NCBI GenBank assembly: GCA_963776985.1
Contig: CAVZOV010000002.1
Coordinates: 1,058,338-1,122,337 of the forward strand
Source: an uncultured Solirubrobacterales bacterium
GTDB taxonomy: Bacteria; Actinomycetota; Thermoleophilia; Solirubrobacterales; Solirubrobacteraceae
Length of the DNA: 64,000 nucleotides
Reading direction: 5' to 3'
The notes under the pieces are model-generated. The model did not search any database and was not told where the DNA came from. It worked only from the letters and a program-made list of their open reading frames with translations. Shown here in pieces: positions 26,981 through 35,992 of this stretch; position 1 is the stretch's first letter; the number at the start of each line of letters is the position of its first letter. Position numbers and translations under genes: made by a program.

Positions 26981-27716
26981 TTGCGTGACGGCGAGGGCGA
27001 CCCTCCGGGGATGCACGACTTCGACGTGATCCTCCCGGATGGACGCTGCGTCGCGCTGGAGGTCACGAGTGCGATCGACGGGGTAGTCGTCGCGCTCTCG
27101 GATGCAGCTTTTGGAAGAGAAGGGCGACAGCAGCGCTGGCCCGCTCCCGACCTGGCGAACGATTGGATCGTGACGATCCCGCAGCGCCCGGTCCGTGTCG
27201 CCGAGATGATGAGCGCGATGCTCCCCATCCTGGAGATCTTCGAGGAGCACGAACACGCCGATGTCGACCCGCACATCAACTATGCCTACGTCAGTCCACG
27301 CTCGGAGATGCCTACGGCGGTCGTTGAGGCCGCCCGACGGATGGTCGAGCTTGGGGGTGACTCGGGCGCGGGTGCTCGCGCCGCGGGCCGAGGGCGACGC
27401 GGAGATGTTCGTCACGATCAGTGGCGGTTTCGCGGGCGACCCCGGCGCCGTTAACCGACTGGTCGCCGAACGGGCGGAGCCCAAGCGCGAGAAGCTCGCT
27501 AGGGCTAAGGCCGACAGTGCGAGCGAGTGCCATTTGTTCGTCTGGCTGGACGGGACGCAACCGGGCGCAGAGTTGGCTGTGTCAACGATGTCGCCGCCGC
27601 CGGCGCCTGAGATCCCGTCGGAGGTCGACGTCGTTTGGCTGGCGACGCCGCCGCTGGCCACGCCCGAGAAGCTCTGGCGCGCGCGGCCGTCGGCAGGCTG
27701 GGAAGTGCTGCGCTAG
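26981..27716 (+). pseudogene. frameshifted hypothetical gene (possible PD-(D/E)xK-like fold)
   Basis: Track ORFs 26981-27454 and 27261-27716 are in different frames and read as one protein. Third-position GC switches frame at the G5 run 27353-27357. N-terminal HDFDVILPDGRCVALEVTS resembles a D...E-x-(K/T) nuclease core. Confidence 0.45.
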
Positions 27717-28675
27717 CTGTTGTGCCCGGTGACGTCCCGAACGCGGGCGCGGGGTGGCCGGTTGCCGAGCGCTGAGTGGGTGCGGCGCTCGTTGTAGTGG
27801 TTGATCCAGTGTGGCAGGGCCTCTTGGCGCGCGTCGGATGAGGCGTATTGGAGTGCGTAAGCCCACTCCCGAATGAGTGTTTGGTGGAAGCGCTCGACCT
27901 TGCCGTTGGTCCTGGGCGTGTAAGGCCGCGTGCGGATATGGAGGATCGCTCGTTGCCAGAGCAACTGCTTGAAGCTCCTGCTCTTGGTGTAGGTGAACGC
28001 GTTGTCGGTCATGATCCGCTCGCAGACGATCCCCTGTTCCAAAAACCAGTCAAGCGCGCGACGCGTGAACGCGGTGACCGTGGCAGCGGTCTCGTCCTTG
28101 TGGATCTCCGAGTAGGCCATCCTTGAGCAGTCATCGACGATCGAATGCACGTACTCCCAGCCGACCCTCCTTGAGCGTTTGGTGCGATCGCCGGTCACGG
28201 CGTGCCCGGGCTCGGTGAACTTCCCGAGCTTCTTGACGTCCATGTGCAACAGGTTGCCGGGACACGGCCACTCGTAGCGGACCACCGCGGGAGCATCGGG
28301 CCGTGGATGGCGTGAGCAGCCGCTACGGCGCAGCACCTGATGGATCGTCGAATGGGGTCTTGCGATGTCCGTCTCGTCTGCGAGCCGCCGCGGGCTCCAG
28401 CCGGTGCGTTGGCGCCGCTCACAGATCCGTGCGGCCTCCCCAGCCGGCACCTGGTTCGGGCTTCGGTGCGGCCGCGAGCTGCGGTCTTCCAAGCAGGCGA
28501 GCGTGACGCGATCGGTCTCCTCCGCTTCGCGCCAGCGGCGCACCCACTCCCAGCACGTCGACTTCGCCACATTGCAAGCATCCGCCGCCGCCTGCAACGT
28601 GAACCCGTCCTCCTCGACCAGCAGCACCAAGCGGAGCCTGCCGATCTGAGTGAGTGGAGCGTTAGCGTGTTGCAT
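27713..28675 (-). CDS. IS481-family transposase (rve integrase core)
   Basis: 320 aa with an HTH N-terminus and DDE blocks HMDVKKLG, DDCSRMAY and TDNAFTY...NGKVERFHQTL. The stop TAG lies in the CTAG target. Confidence 0.9.
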   Translation of the reverse strand: MQHANAPLTQIGRLRLVLLVEEDGFTLQAAADACNVAKSTCWEWVRRWREAEETDRVTLACLEDRSSRPHRSPNQVPAGEAARICERRQRTGWSPRRLADETDIARPHSTIHQVLRRSGCSRHPRPDAPAVVRYEWPCPGNLLHMDVKKLGKFTEPGHAVTGDRTKRSRRVGWEYVHSIVDDCSRMAYSEIHKDETAATVTAFTRRALDWFLEQGIVCERIMTDNAFTYTKSRSFKQLLWQRAILHIRTRPYTPRTNGKVERFHQTLIREWAYALQYASSDARQEALPHWINHYNERRTHSALGNRPPRARVRDVTGHNS

Positions 28676-28771
28676 TCCGGGCCTCCCTGAGGTCAGTGAG
28701 CTTTGACACCCACAGCCTCTCGGCAGGCCCGGACCTACCTCACACCGTTCGCAACGTCCCTGGGCACATCA
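27718..28771 (-). mobile_element. IS481-family insertion sequence
   Basis: IRs: TGTTGTGCCCGGTGACGTCCCGAACG against the reverse complement of the right end, TGATGTGCCCAGGGACGTTGCGAACG. 6-bp duplication GCTAGC (27712-27717 and 28772-28777), matching the known NCTAGN target of IS481. Confidence 0.85.
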
Positions 28772-29175
28772 GCTAGCGCGCCTGTCACGCCGTTGGCGGG
28801 CACAGGCTCGCGGATCGGTGCTATGTCTTCGTCTGTCGAGAGGCAGTACCGAGCTCTGGCCGCCGTTCGACTCGTGGGCGCCAGCTGTGTCCTCCCGGCC
28901 CTGAAAGCAGGACAATTCTCAAACGAGATGTTCCCTGCTTCTCGCCAATCGCAGGGGGCTGCGGCATCATTAGGAGGTGCCCAAGGGCAAACCTCGGAAG
29001 CAACAGCGTCGTCAGCGGCCGCGCCCTCGGCGGCCGACGGAGCGGGTCACGCCGATAATGATCCACGAGGGCGCCCACAGTCCGCTCGGAAGGAGTTAGA
29101 GGCCCTGAGAACGGCCCACGATGCCAGCCTTTTGCTTCACGACGTGCTCATGGGCCTCAGTGGGCCGGCGGCGGA

Positions 29176-29586
29176 TTGGGCAACACCACGCGGACGACAG
29201 AAAATCGCTGTCGGGTTCCTGTCGGCAATCTCGCTTCGATCTTCGCGGGCCCCATGGGGATCATCGGCTGGGGCTACGTGCCGGAGGCGATGGGACTCAA
29301 GCGCCGGATTGGTGAGGCGCTTTGGCGTACAGAAAAGGTCATCAACGACCAAAGCGGCGAGTACGCTCGTCTTTGGGTCGATGGGAAGCCTCCGAGCGGC
29401 GGCATTCGCGTTCCTGAGTTGTGGAGCGTCTACTCCGCCGGCACACACGCCGACATTCGGATGATGGGCCTTGAAGTGGCGGAAGTCGCTGGCATGAAGC
29501 GAATGACTGTCCCGATCCTGCCCACTCGCCAGGCCGACATCGCGAATGGCATGCTGACGGAAATCGCGGTTGAGGTTCTTGACTAA
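29176..29586 (+). pseudogene. fragment of a decayed hypothetical gene
   Basis: Good third-position GC from about 29235. The upstream coding signal continues in another frame (track ORF 28703-29464 up to about 29240). The same frame stays coding-like for 57 more codons after the TAA at 29584-29586. Confidence 0.3.
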
Positions 29587-29795
29587 GCCGCGATCGCTGT
29601 CGAGTGGGTGCGAGAGCGCGAGTTCACAGACGATGAGCAACGGCGCGGAGACGAAATCGTGGAGGCGATTGAGAGGCTGCGCACCAAGTATTTCGACGGA
29701 ATCTCCGAGCCAATTGAGGCGTCGGAGGGAGAGGCTTCGACCGTCCGATCCGCGCCGTAGCTTGGTCGAATGCCAAGGGATCTACTCGGAACGGA

Positions 29796-31513
29796 CGGTG
29801 GGTGTCGCGCAAAGTTGTGCGAGTGATGGGTGAATGTCAGCGGTGCCCGTAGAGATCTGGTTCGGTGGGCCTGGTCGAGTCTCTGTGCAATTCAGGTGAG
29901 CGTTTTAGGCCGTTTGGGCGACCAGGTGGTGTTTGTGGAGCTTCATCAGGTTGTGAGTCGCGGTGATCAGCCGCCATTCCGAGCGTGCTGCGGATCTGCC
30001 TCGCCTGTGGAACTGGTTGATGCGCCGGTTGTGCTTGGTTTGAGCGAACACCGGCTCGACCATCGCCTTGCGTTTTCGATAGAGCCCGCCGCCGACCTGG
30101 CCGGCGAGCATGGTGCGCATGAAGGCGTAGCGCCCGCAGTCCCAGCCGCGGCGGGGTGTGTTGCGCTTGCCGGCATCGGGCGGGATCAGCACCTGGGTGC
30201 CGCTGCTGACGACGTTGTCGATTTGATCTTCATGCCAGTAGCCACTGTCAGCGACCGCGACCCCAGGCGCCTCGCTCACACCGACCTGCTGTAGCTCGCG
30301 CCTGGTGGCCTTGATCATCGGCTCGAGCTGCCCGAAGTCTGGTGAGGTGAGCGTTATCTCGGCCGCCAAGACGATCTGATGCTCATTCACGGCGGCCTGC
30401 ACGTTGTAACCCTGGGTGTAGCTGCGCGGCGTCTTCACGTTCCGCGAATCAAGATCGGTTGTGTTGATCTTCCCCGCTGGCGTCTCGGGCGGCTCGTATG
30501 GCTTTGGCGGGCAACTGAGCCGTCGGCCTTGCGTGTCCCGACCGTGTGCTCGGTAGTGCTCATATGCCTCGTTCGCTTCGCGCTCGACCCGCAGGTTCTC
30601 CTGCAGGCGACGCTCGCACTCGAGTAGGCGCTCTGGCCGCGACCTTGGGATCGGATGTGCCGCGCGACGGCCGTGCTCATCGAGCTGGTGGCGCGCCTCA
30701 CGCAACCACCCTTCATGCCCATCAGCCCGAGCGACGATCACCTCGGGGTCAAGCACCAGCTTCACACCCTGCGACTCCGCATCAACCATCTCGGTGTTCA
30801 TGTCTTGCCCGCCTGCACGCTCACGCGCGAGATTCTGTTTGGCCTCACGCAGCGCAGCACGTCGCCCCTCACGCGTCCACAAATGCTCAGGCAGCTCATC
30901 GCCACACGCCTCGCCGTAGAGCTCATCCTCGGCCGCGTCGAGGGCGCCCGCCTCTTTCAGAATCTCCCGCGCGAGCTGCTCATAGTCAACGTTTGAGTGG
31001 TGCGACGCGTTCGCGTGCACCTTCGTCCCGTCGATCGCAATCACCCCGACCTTCACCAACCCCGATTCCCGACAGAGCCCCAGCACCTCGCTGAACAAGC
31101 CCGCCAGCGCTGCCTCGTGGCGGACACGAAACCGCGCGATCGTCGCGTGATCGGGCGTCTGCTGCGCCGCGATCACCCGCTAGGCGACATCCTCAACACA
31201 CTTGCGCTCGATCCCGCGCGAGGACCGCTCACCCCTTGCATAGGAATACAGCAAGAGCGAGACCATCATCCCTGGCTCGAACGCCGCGCGGCCCCACCCA
31301 TCCCGGCGGTAGGAGCCATAGAACGCCGCGAGATCCATCTCCTCGACCGACGCCAACACAAACCACGCCAAATGACCCTCCGGCAGCCAATCACGAGGGT
31401 CCGGCGGCATCAAAAACACCTGCTCACGATCACACTCAAGAAAGTTCTGGGGCATACCCCAAAAGTGTCATAACCACGCCGGACAGACCCAGGACTTTGT
31501 GCGACACTCACCG
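29796..31513 (-). mobile_element. IS1182-family-like insertion sequence
   Basis: 20-bp IRs: CGGTGGGTGTCGCGCAAAGT (29796-29815) against the reverse complement of 31494-31513, CGGTGAGTGTCGCACAAAGT (18/20). No clear target duplication. Confidence 0.7.
29905..31455 (-). pseudogene. IS1182-family transposase interrupted by an in-frame TAG
   Basis: Track ORFs 31180-31455 and 29905-31176 are in the same frame, separated only by TAG (31182-31180) plus one codon (...CVEDVA*RVIAAQQTPDH...). N-terminal DUF772-like block LPEGHLAWFV...YSYARGERSSRGIE and DDE block IAIDGTKVHANAS. Confidence 0.8.
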
Positions 31514-32567
31514 CGCAAACGGAAAGCAACGCTGGGAGTCCTGTCGCACACTCGACGAGGCCCGCAGAGCGAAGGCAGCCAGGATGGCCGATATCGGCCG
31601 TGGCGAGTTTGACGAGCGCTCTCGAATCACGCTGCACGAATACGTCCTCGAATGGATCGAGCGCTACCAGGGACGTGGCAGGCGCAGCTTCCGTGACTTA
31701 ACCCGCGAGGAGTACCGGCGGATGCTCACACAGTACGCGCTGAGGTTCTTCTCCGACCGGATGCTGTTGACCGAGGTCACACCGAGTCGGGTCGCGGCGT
31801 TTGTCGCTTGGTTGTGCGACGAGCGAGAGCAGGGGGGTGCAGCCTTGGCGGATAAGACCGTCAAAAATATCGTCGGACCTTTGCGGACCTGCCTTGCGAC
31901 AGCGACCAGGGAGGGCCTGATCCGCTCTAACCTTGCTCGTGATGTCGACTTGCCGCATCGACCGACAGCAGAGGACTCGGAGGAGGATGAGGTCAAAGCG
32001 ATGACGCGGGAGGAGCTGTCTAGGTTGCTGGCGTCGGTGCCGGAGCGGTGGCGCCTGTTCTTCTGGCTGCTGGCGGTCACGGGCCTACGCATCAGCGAGG
32101 CTGTGGGGCTCCAGTGGCGACACATCGAGCTTGATGGAGGCCAGCCGGATGTGGGGGTCCGGCGCGGTGTCGTACGAGGCAAGCTCGGTCCTCCAAAGTC
32201 TCGATACGCGCGCCGCGACGTTCCAATCAGCAACGCTCTCGCCGATGCCCTACGCGAGTATCGTCGCGGGACTGAATGGCCGGGCGATGAGGATCTCGTG
32301 TGGCCCGCGAGCAACGGTCAGTTCCTCCATGTCGGCAACCTGCGTCGCCGCGTGCTGCTGCCCGCACGAGAAAAGGCGGACCTGGACTGGATTGGCTTCC
32401 ATGCCTTCCGGCACACGTGCGCCACGCTCCTGTTCGCCGAGGGTCGCAACGCAGTCCAGGTGCAGCGGTGGCTCGGCCACCACTCTCCTGCCTTCACGCT
32501 CGCGACATACGTCCATCTACTCGACGGCGACGTCGGAGCGCCGCTCGAAGGTATTCAGGCGGCGTGA
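31514..32567 (+). pseudogene. tyrosine-type (phage) integrase, 5' end severed by the IS1182-like element
   Basis: Catalytic signature: TGLRISEA (Arg), HAFRHTCAT (HxxR), LATYVHL (Tyr). The track ORF N-terminus (31236-31513) lies inside the IS. Joining 29770-29795 to 31514 restores ATG-MPRDLLGTDANGKQRWES... in frame. Confidence 0.8.
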
Positions 32568-32761
32568 GCGAGCTGCCTGACGAGACTCTCGTACTCGTCG
32601 GCCAGCGGAGTGGCGCCTAGCGAGAGCAACATGGCGGAATGGCCGAGGGCGGCAAGTGCCTTGGGCGTGTTGAGCGGCAGCATCTCTTCGCCGGTGGCGA
32701 TGTAGAGCCCTGTCGGTCCATCGTAATCACTGAACTCGTCGTTCATTGTGTTCTTGCTCAT
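32555..32761 (-). CDS. hypothetical 68-aa acidic protein coupled to the Fic gene
   Basis: Its ATG overlaps the Fic stop (ATGA at 32758-32761). No family recognised. Confidence 0.5.
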   Translation of the reverse strand: MSKNTMNDEFSDYDGPTGLYIATGEEMLPLNTPKALAALGHSAMLLSLGATPLADEYESLVRQLAHAA

Positions 32762-33525
32762 GCTCTTATCGTACCGGCGTCCTGCGATGAGACACGGATG
32801 GTTCGCTCGAAAAGGTCTGCGAGGGCGTCATAGCCATGGTGTCGGCCTCCAGGCCGTAGCCCTTGACCGAGCGCCCATTGTTGCTCATCGTGGTCGGGTA
32901 GCGCGACGCCCGTCGCGCCGAGCCGGATAAGGGCGTACTGAAGTGCCACGTAGGCGGTGCGTCCGTTGCCGTCGAAGAATGGGTGCGTGGAGAGGAGCTT
33001 GGCGTAGAACGCGGCAGCCGGCAGGGTTGCCTCGTGAAGCTTTCGCCTACGGCCTTGGCGGTGTGCGTCTTCTCGCTCCCCGACGGCTTGCTGCAGCCCG
33101 GTGAACGCTCGTCTCAAGCGCGCTGGGATGTTGCGGCCCTTGCAACTCACCACGGTCAAAGACTCTGGGGCTTGCCGGCTGCCCCAGACGACGCCGTACT
33201 GGCCCTGCTCGTCACCCCGGCGGAATCGCCCGGCCTGGTCGGGAAACCACTTCTCAAAGATCAGCCGATGCCACCGACTGATGTCCCGTGGTGTGGCGTC
33301 GTATCCGCGGGTCGCTTCGACGGCCGCGTCAGCGGCGATGATCGCGACCTGCTCGGTAATGGCACGCCAGGTCTGCTCCGGGCTCATCCCTGCAGCGCAG
33401 TACAGCTCGGAGGTGGGGTCATCGTGGAAGACCGCGAATGTGGCGCGCGCGGCCGCCACGGCAACCTGGGCGAACTCGTCCTCTGCTGCTGTTCGCTTCG
33501 CTATCTGTCCATGCCCTCGCCCCAT
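32758..33525 (-). CDS. Fic/DOC family protein
   Basis: Fic motif HPFFDGNGRTAY (HxFx(D/E)GNGRxxR with the last Arg replaced by Tyr). ATG 33525 chosen. Confidence 0.8.
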   Translation of the reverse strand: MGRGHGQIAKRTAAEDEFAQVAVAAARATFAVFHDDPTSELYCAAGMSPEQTWRAITEQVAIIAADAAVEATRGYDATPRDISRWHRLIFEKWFPDQAGRFRRGDEQGQYGVVWGSRQAPESLTVVSCKGRNIPARLRRAFTGLQQAVGEREDAHRQGRRRKLHEATLPAAAFYAKLLSTHPFFDGNGRTAYVALQYALIRLGATGVALPDHDEQQWALGQGLRPGGRHHGYDALADLFERTIRVSSQDAGTIRA

Positions 33526-33568
33526 CGCTCGAAGATACCCCGAGCACAAGACCTCATCCTGGGTGCCC

Positions 33569-34231
33569 TCAACCGAGCTTGTATGCCTCGGCGCGCTTGT
33601 AGAGCAGGGAGAGGAGGCGCTGATCGGTTGTGAGAGACGGTGTCCTTGACCCTGAGATGGTCAACGTCACTACGCCGCGCCCGGCGGCAAAGGCGAAGAA
33701 GTCCTGGTGTGTCTGCGCGGGCGTGCCGACGCCGTCCGTCGCGCGGAGTCCCATGCTCGGAGGCGCTACCGGAAGCGTGCTGAATGCCACCTTGAGTTCT
33801 GGCTGTGGCGGAAGGAGGCAGTGACGGTCGTGCGGATTGCCGAGAGCCGAGACATATGCCGCGGCGAAAGTCTCGCTCGACATCGCCGCGACGGTCGAGC
33901 GCGCCCACCAATACGCGCTGCCAAAGATGGGCGATTGAACCTTCATCAGCAGCTCGCCCGCTGGGAGGTGGGAGCAGCGCGGGAAAGGACCATGCTTGCG
34001 CTGGTACTTGACGACTTCAACGTATCTTTTGCTCGTCGTCCCCGGCAGATCAACAGCGCGCAGATTGACGGCGTGCGCGTAGGCGAGGGCTTGGGCGCTG
34101 GTGATCGGCGTGTCCGGGTCAAGGGCAGCGCCACTTGAGGACGCGGAGCTGCTTCCACATCCGGAGAGGATTGCTGTGCTCACGACGAGGGCAAGCATTG
34201 TGCTGGTGGGCCGACGCATCACTGGGATCAT
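33569..34231 (-). CDS. hypothetical lipoprotein (paralogue of 16846-17721)
   Basis: Signal peptide plus lipobox ILSGC|GSS. Start at ATG 34231 or 34219. Shares blocks with 16846-17721. Confidence 0.6.
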   Translation of the reverse strand: MIPVMRRPTSTMLALVVSTAILSGCGSSSASSSGAALDPDTPITSAQALAYAHAVNLRAVDLPGTTSKRYVEVVKYQRKHGPFPRCSHLPAGELLMKVQSPIFGSAYWWARSTVAAMSSETFAAAYVSALGNPHDRHCLLPPQPELKVAFSTLPVAPPSMGLRATDGVGTPAQTHQDFFAFAAGRGVVTLTISGSRTPSLTTDQRLLSLLYKRAEAYKLG

Positions 34232-34417
34232 CCCAAGCCGTTGGCTTGTCAGGCGTCCACGCTTGGCATCGATGCGGCGCTCACATGTGCGCAGGGTCAA
34301 ACAAAGTGCAAACATGCCCCACGCCATCCGACACCACGACGGTTTGCGCGAAAAGGCAGATCCCGCATAACAAAGCCAAAACGCCGACTCTACGACACCC
34401 TACGCCACGCCATGATG

Positions 34418-34463
34418 GGGTTGTGGTCTCGGCGGTCGCGGGTTCGAATCCCGTCGCTCACCC
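34418..34463. repeat. attR-like orphan copy of the tRNA-His 3' segment (46 bp, identical to 22051-22096)
   Basis: Exact 46/46 identity. No tRNA 5' half precedes it. Confidence 0.85.
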
Positions 34464-34613
34464 CTCTGATGTGTCTCGGGATATCGGAGACTGGCGCCTC
34501 GAGATTTAGGTTGCGGTCAGGCTTAGCTGATCTCCTAGCCGCCTCCTCTGAGCACCCTGTCAGAACCTCCACGCGACGCCGCGGTGGCGCGCTAGATACG
34601 TCGATCGTCGATA

Positions 34614-34895
34614 ATGGTCCCAGCGGTGAAGCTCTACGTTTGTTACGGCACATTTGGCCCTGGCACACGGCATCCGTGCGCTCGGGCTCACAGGGCGCTT
34701 GTCGCGGCCGGTTACACTCCGGAAGTCATAAGAACGTACGGCTGCTATGGAACCGATCGCCTATTCCGTGGACGCTGCGCGGTCAAGCGCTTGACCGGCA
34801 ACTACAAGGTCCCCACGCTCGTGCTCGATGACGACACGGTCGTCGACGAATCCGACAAGATTGTCGCGTGGGCTGAGGCTCATCAACGAACCTAA
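34614..34895 (+). CDS. glutaredoxin/GST-N-like thioredoxin-fold protein
   Basis: 93 aa. KLYVCYG...HPC...KVPTLVLDDDTVVDESDKIVAW resembles glutaredoxin-family/GST N-terminal domains. Confidence 0.55.
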   Translation: MVPAVKLYVCYGTFGPGTRHPCARAHRALVAAGYTPEVIRTYGCYGTDRLFRGRCAVKRLTGNYKVPTLVLDDDTVVDESDKIVAWAEAHQRT

Positions 34896-34995
34896 CACTC
34901 GGACTGCGGGCGAGTGATGCGACGGGGTTGTCGTCTCGATCCGGGCGCTAATCCACGCGGCGGCTCCGCCCTGGCCAGCGCGGCGACCGTGGACC

Positions 34996-35592
34996 TCAAC
35001 CCTCGCGACGGTCGAGCGCGCGCGTCGTCATCCTGGCCAGCGCGATGCCGATCAGAGCGCCGCCGATCGCATCGCCGGGATAGTGCACGCCGGTGTGCAC
35101 GCGCGAGTATGCGACGAGCGCCGCGAGGATGTGTAGCGGGATCGCGGCGGTTGACATCGTCGTGCCCACGCCGCTTGCGAACGCGAACGCCGCGGCGGAG
35201 TGGCCCGATGGAAACGACGTCGACACAGGCATTCGCACGTGGCGCTCGGGCGGTACTCGCTCGGCCGTGCGATTCGGACGCCCCCGGCGACTGAGTGGCT
35301 TGATCGCCAGGTTGACGATGGTCGCCGTGACCGCGACGGACGCGAGGCCGCGGGCCGCCGCTCGACGCCCAGTCGGACCGCACGCGAGGGCGAGCACCGT
35401 CCCCGAGGCAAGCGAAAGTCGCGAATAGTTGGCCGCGTGCGAGAGTCGGCGCATCGATCTGTCCAGGGCGGGCGTCGGAGTGCTGGCGACCCTTGCGTAG
35501 AGCGCGGCGTCGAGCCGCTCCGCTTCGATCATCCACCGGCGATACCCAGGGATGGGCTTATAGGCGACGGGGTCGATGTCGGTGCGGATCAT
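34996..35592 (-). CDS. PAP2-family phosphatase (membrane)
   Basis: PAP2 motifs KPLSRRGRP, SFPSGHS and SRVHTGVHYPGD. Confidence 0.8.
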   Translation of the reverse strand: MIRTDIDPVAYKPIPGYRRWMIEAERLDAALYARVASTPTPALDRSMRRLSHAANYSRLSLASGTVLALACGPTGRRAAARGLASVAVTATIVNLAIKPLSRRGRPNRTAERVPPERHVRMPVSTSFPSGHSAAAFAFASGVGTTMSTAAIPLHILAALVAYSRVHTGVHYPGDAIGGALIGIALARMTTRALDRREG

Positions 35593-35992
35593 GTGCGGTC
35601 ATCCTATGAGGAGCAAGTCAGCAAGGGCCGTTGACGGCGTGCGCTCGGCGATTGTCAGAGACATTCTCCGCGAGCTGAGCCGCATGATTGCTGGCTTTAC
35701 GCGCTTCAAGCGTCTGCTCGGTTGCGCGATGGCGGCCGAATCGTCAAATTCGCCGCTCAACGGGTCCGAGCGGGCGGGACTGGCGGTGCGACCGGCGTTT
35801 TGCGAACTTCGACGGCATTCAGGCACGGAGTAGGAGACACGGCTCGACTTGAGCGCTCGAACCCATGAACCTCTGTGTGCGATGCGCGACCGAGACTGCG
35901 GGTTCGGCGACATCGCATTAGCAACCGGGTGCCGTGCCCGTGGGCCACGGAGTTCGGATCAACGTTGAATAGCACCGACCAGGCAGGGAAAC

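Noticed and set aside
26768-27661. 297-aa minus-strand ORF
   Set aside because: The Ser/Ala/Arg/Thr-rich translation has no motifs. The opposite strand carries a much better coding signal, though frameshifted.
28703-29464. 253-aa plus-strand ORF taken as one intact gene
   Set aside because: Only its middle part (about 29080-29240) looks coding. The start overlaps the IS481 right end, and the 3' part is out of frame relative to the better ORF 29176-29586. It is treated as part of a decayed locus.
31236-31513. N-terminal 93 codons of the 443-aa integrase track ORF
   Set aside because: They lie inside the IS1182-like element, antisense to its transposase. The real integrase N-terminus is recovered on the other side of the IS at 29770-29795.
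35861-35905. Possible third, degenerate copy of the tRNA-His att repeat (ctgcgggttcggcgacatcgc), which would make 34.5-35.9 kb a separate islet
   Set aside because: Only about 9 contiguous matching nucleotides (gcgggttcg), which is indistinguishable from chance in this GC-rich DNA.
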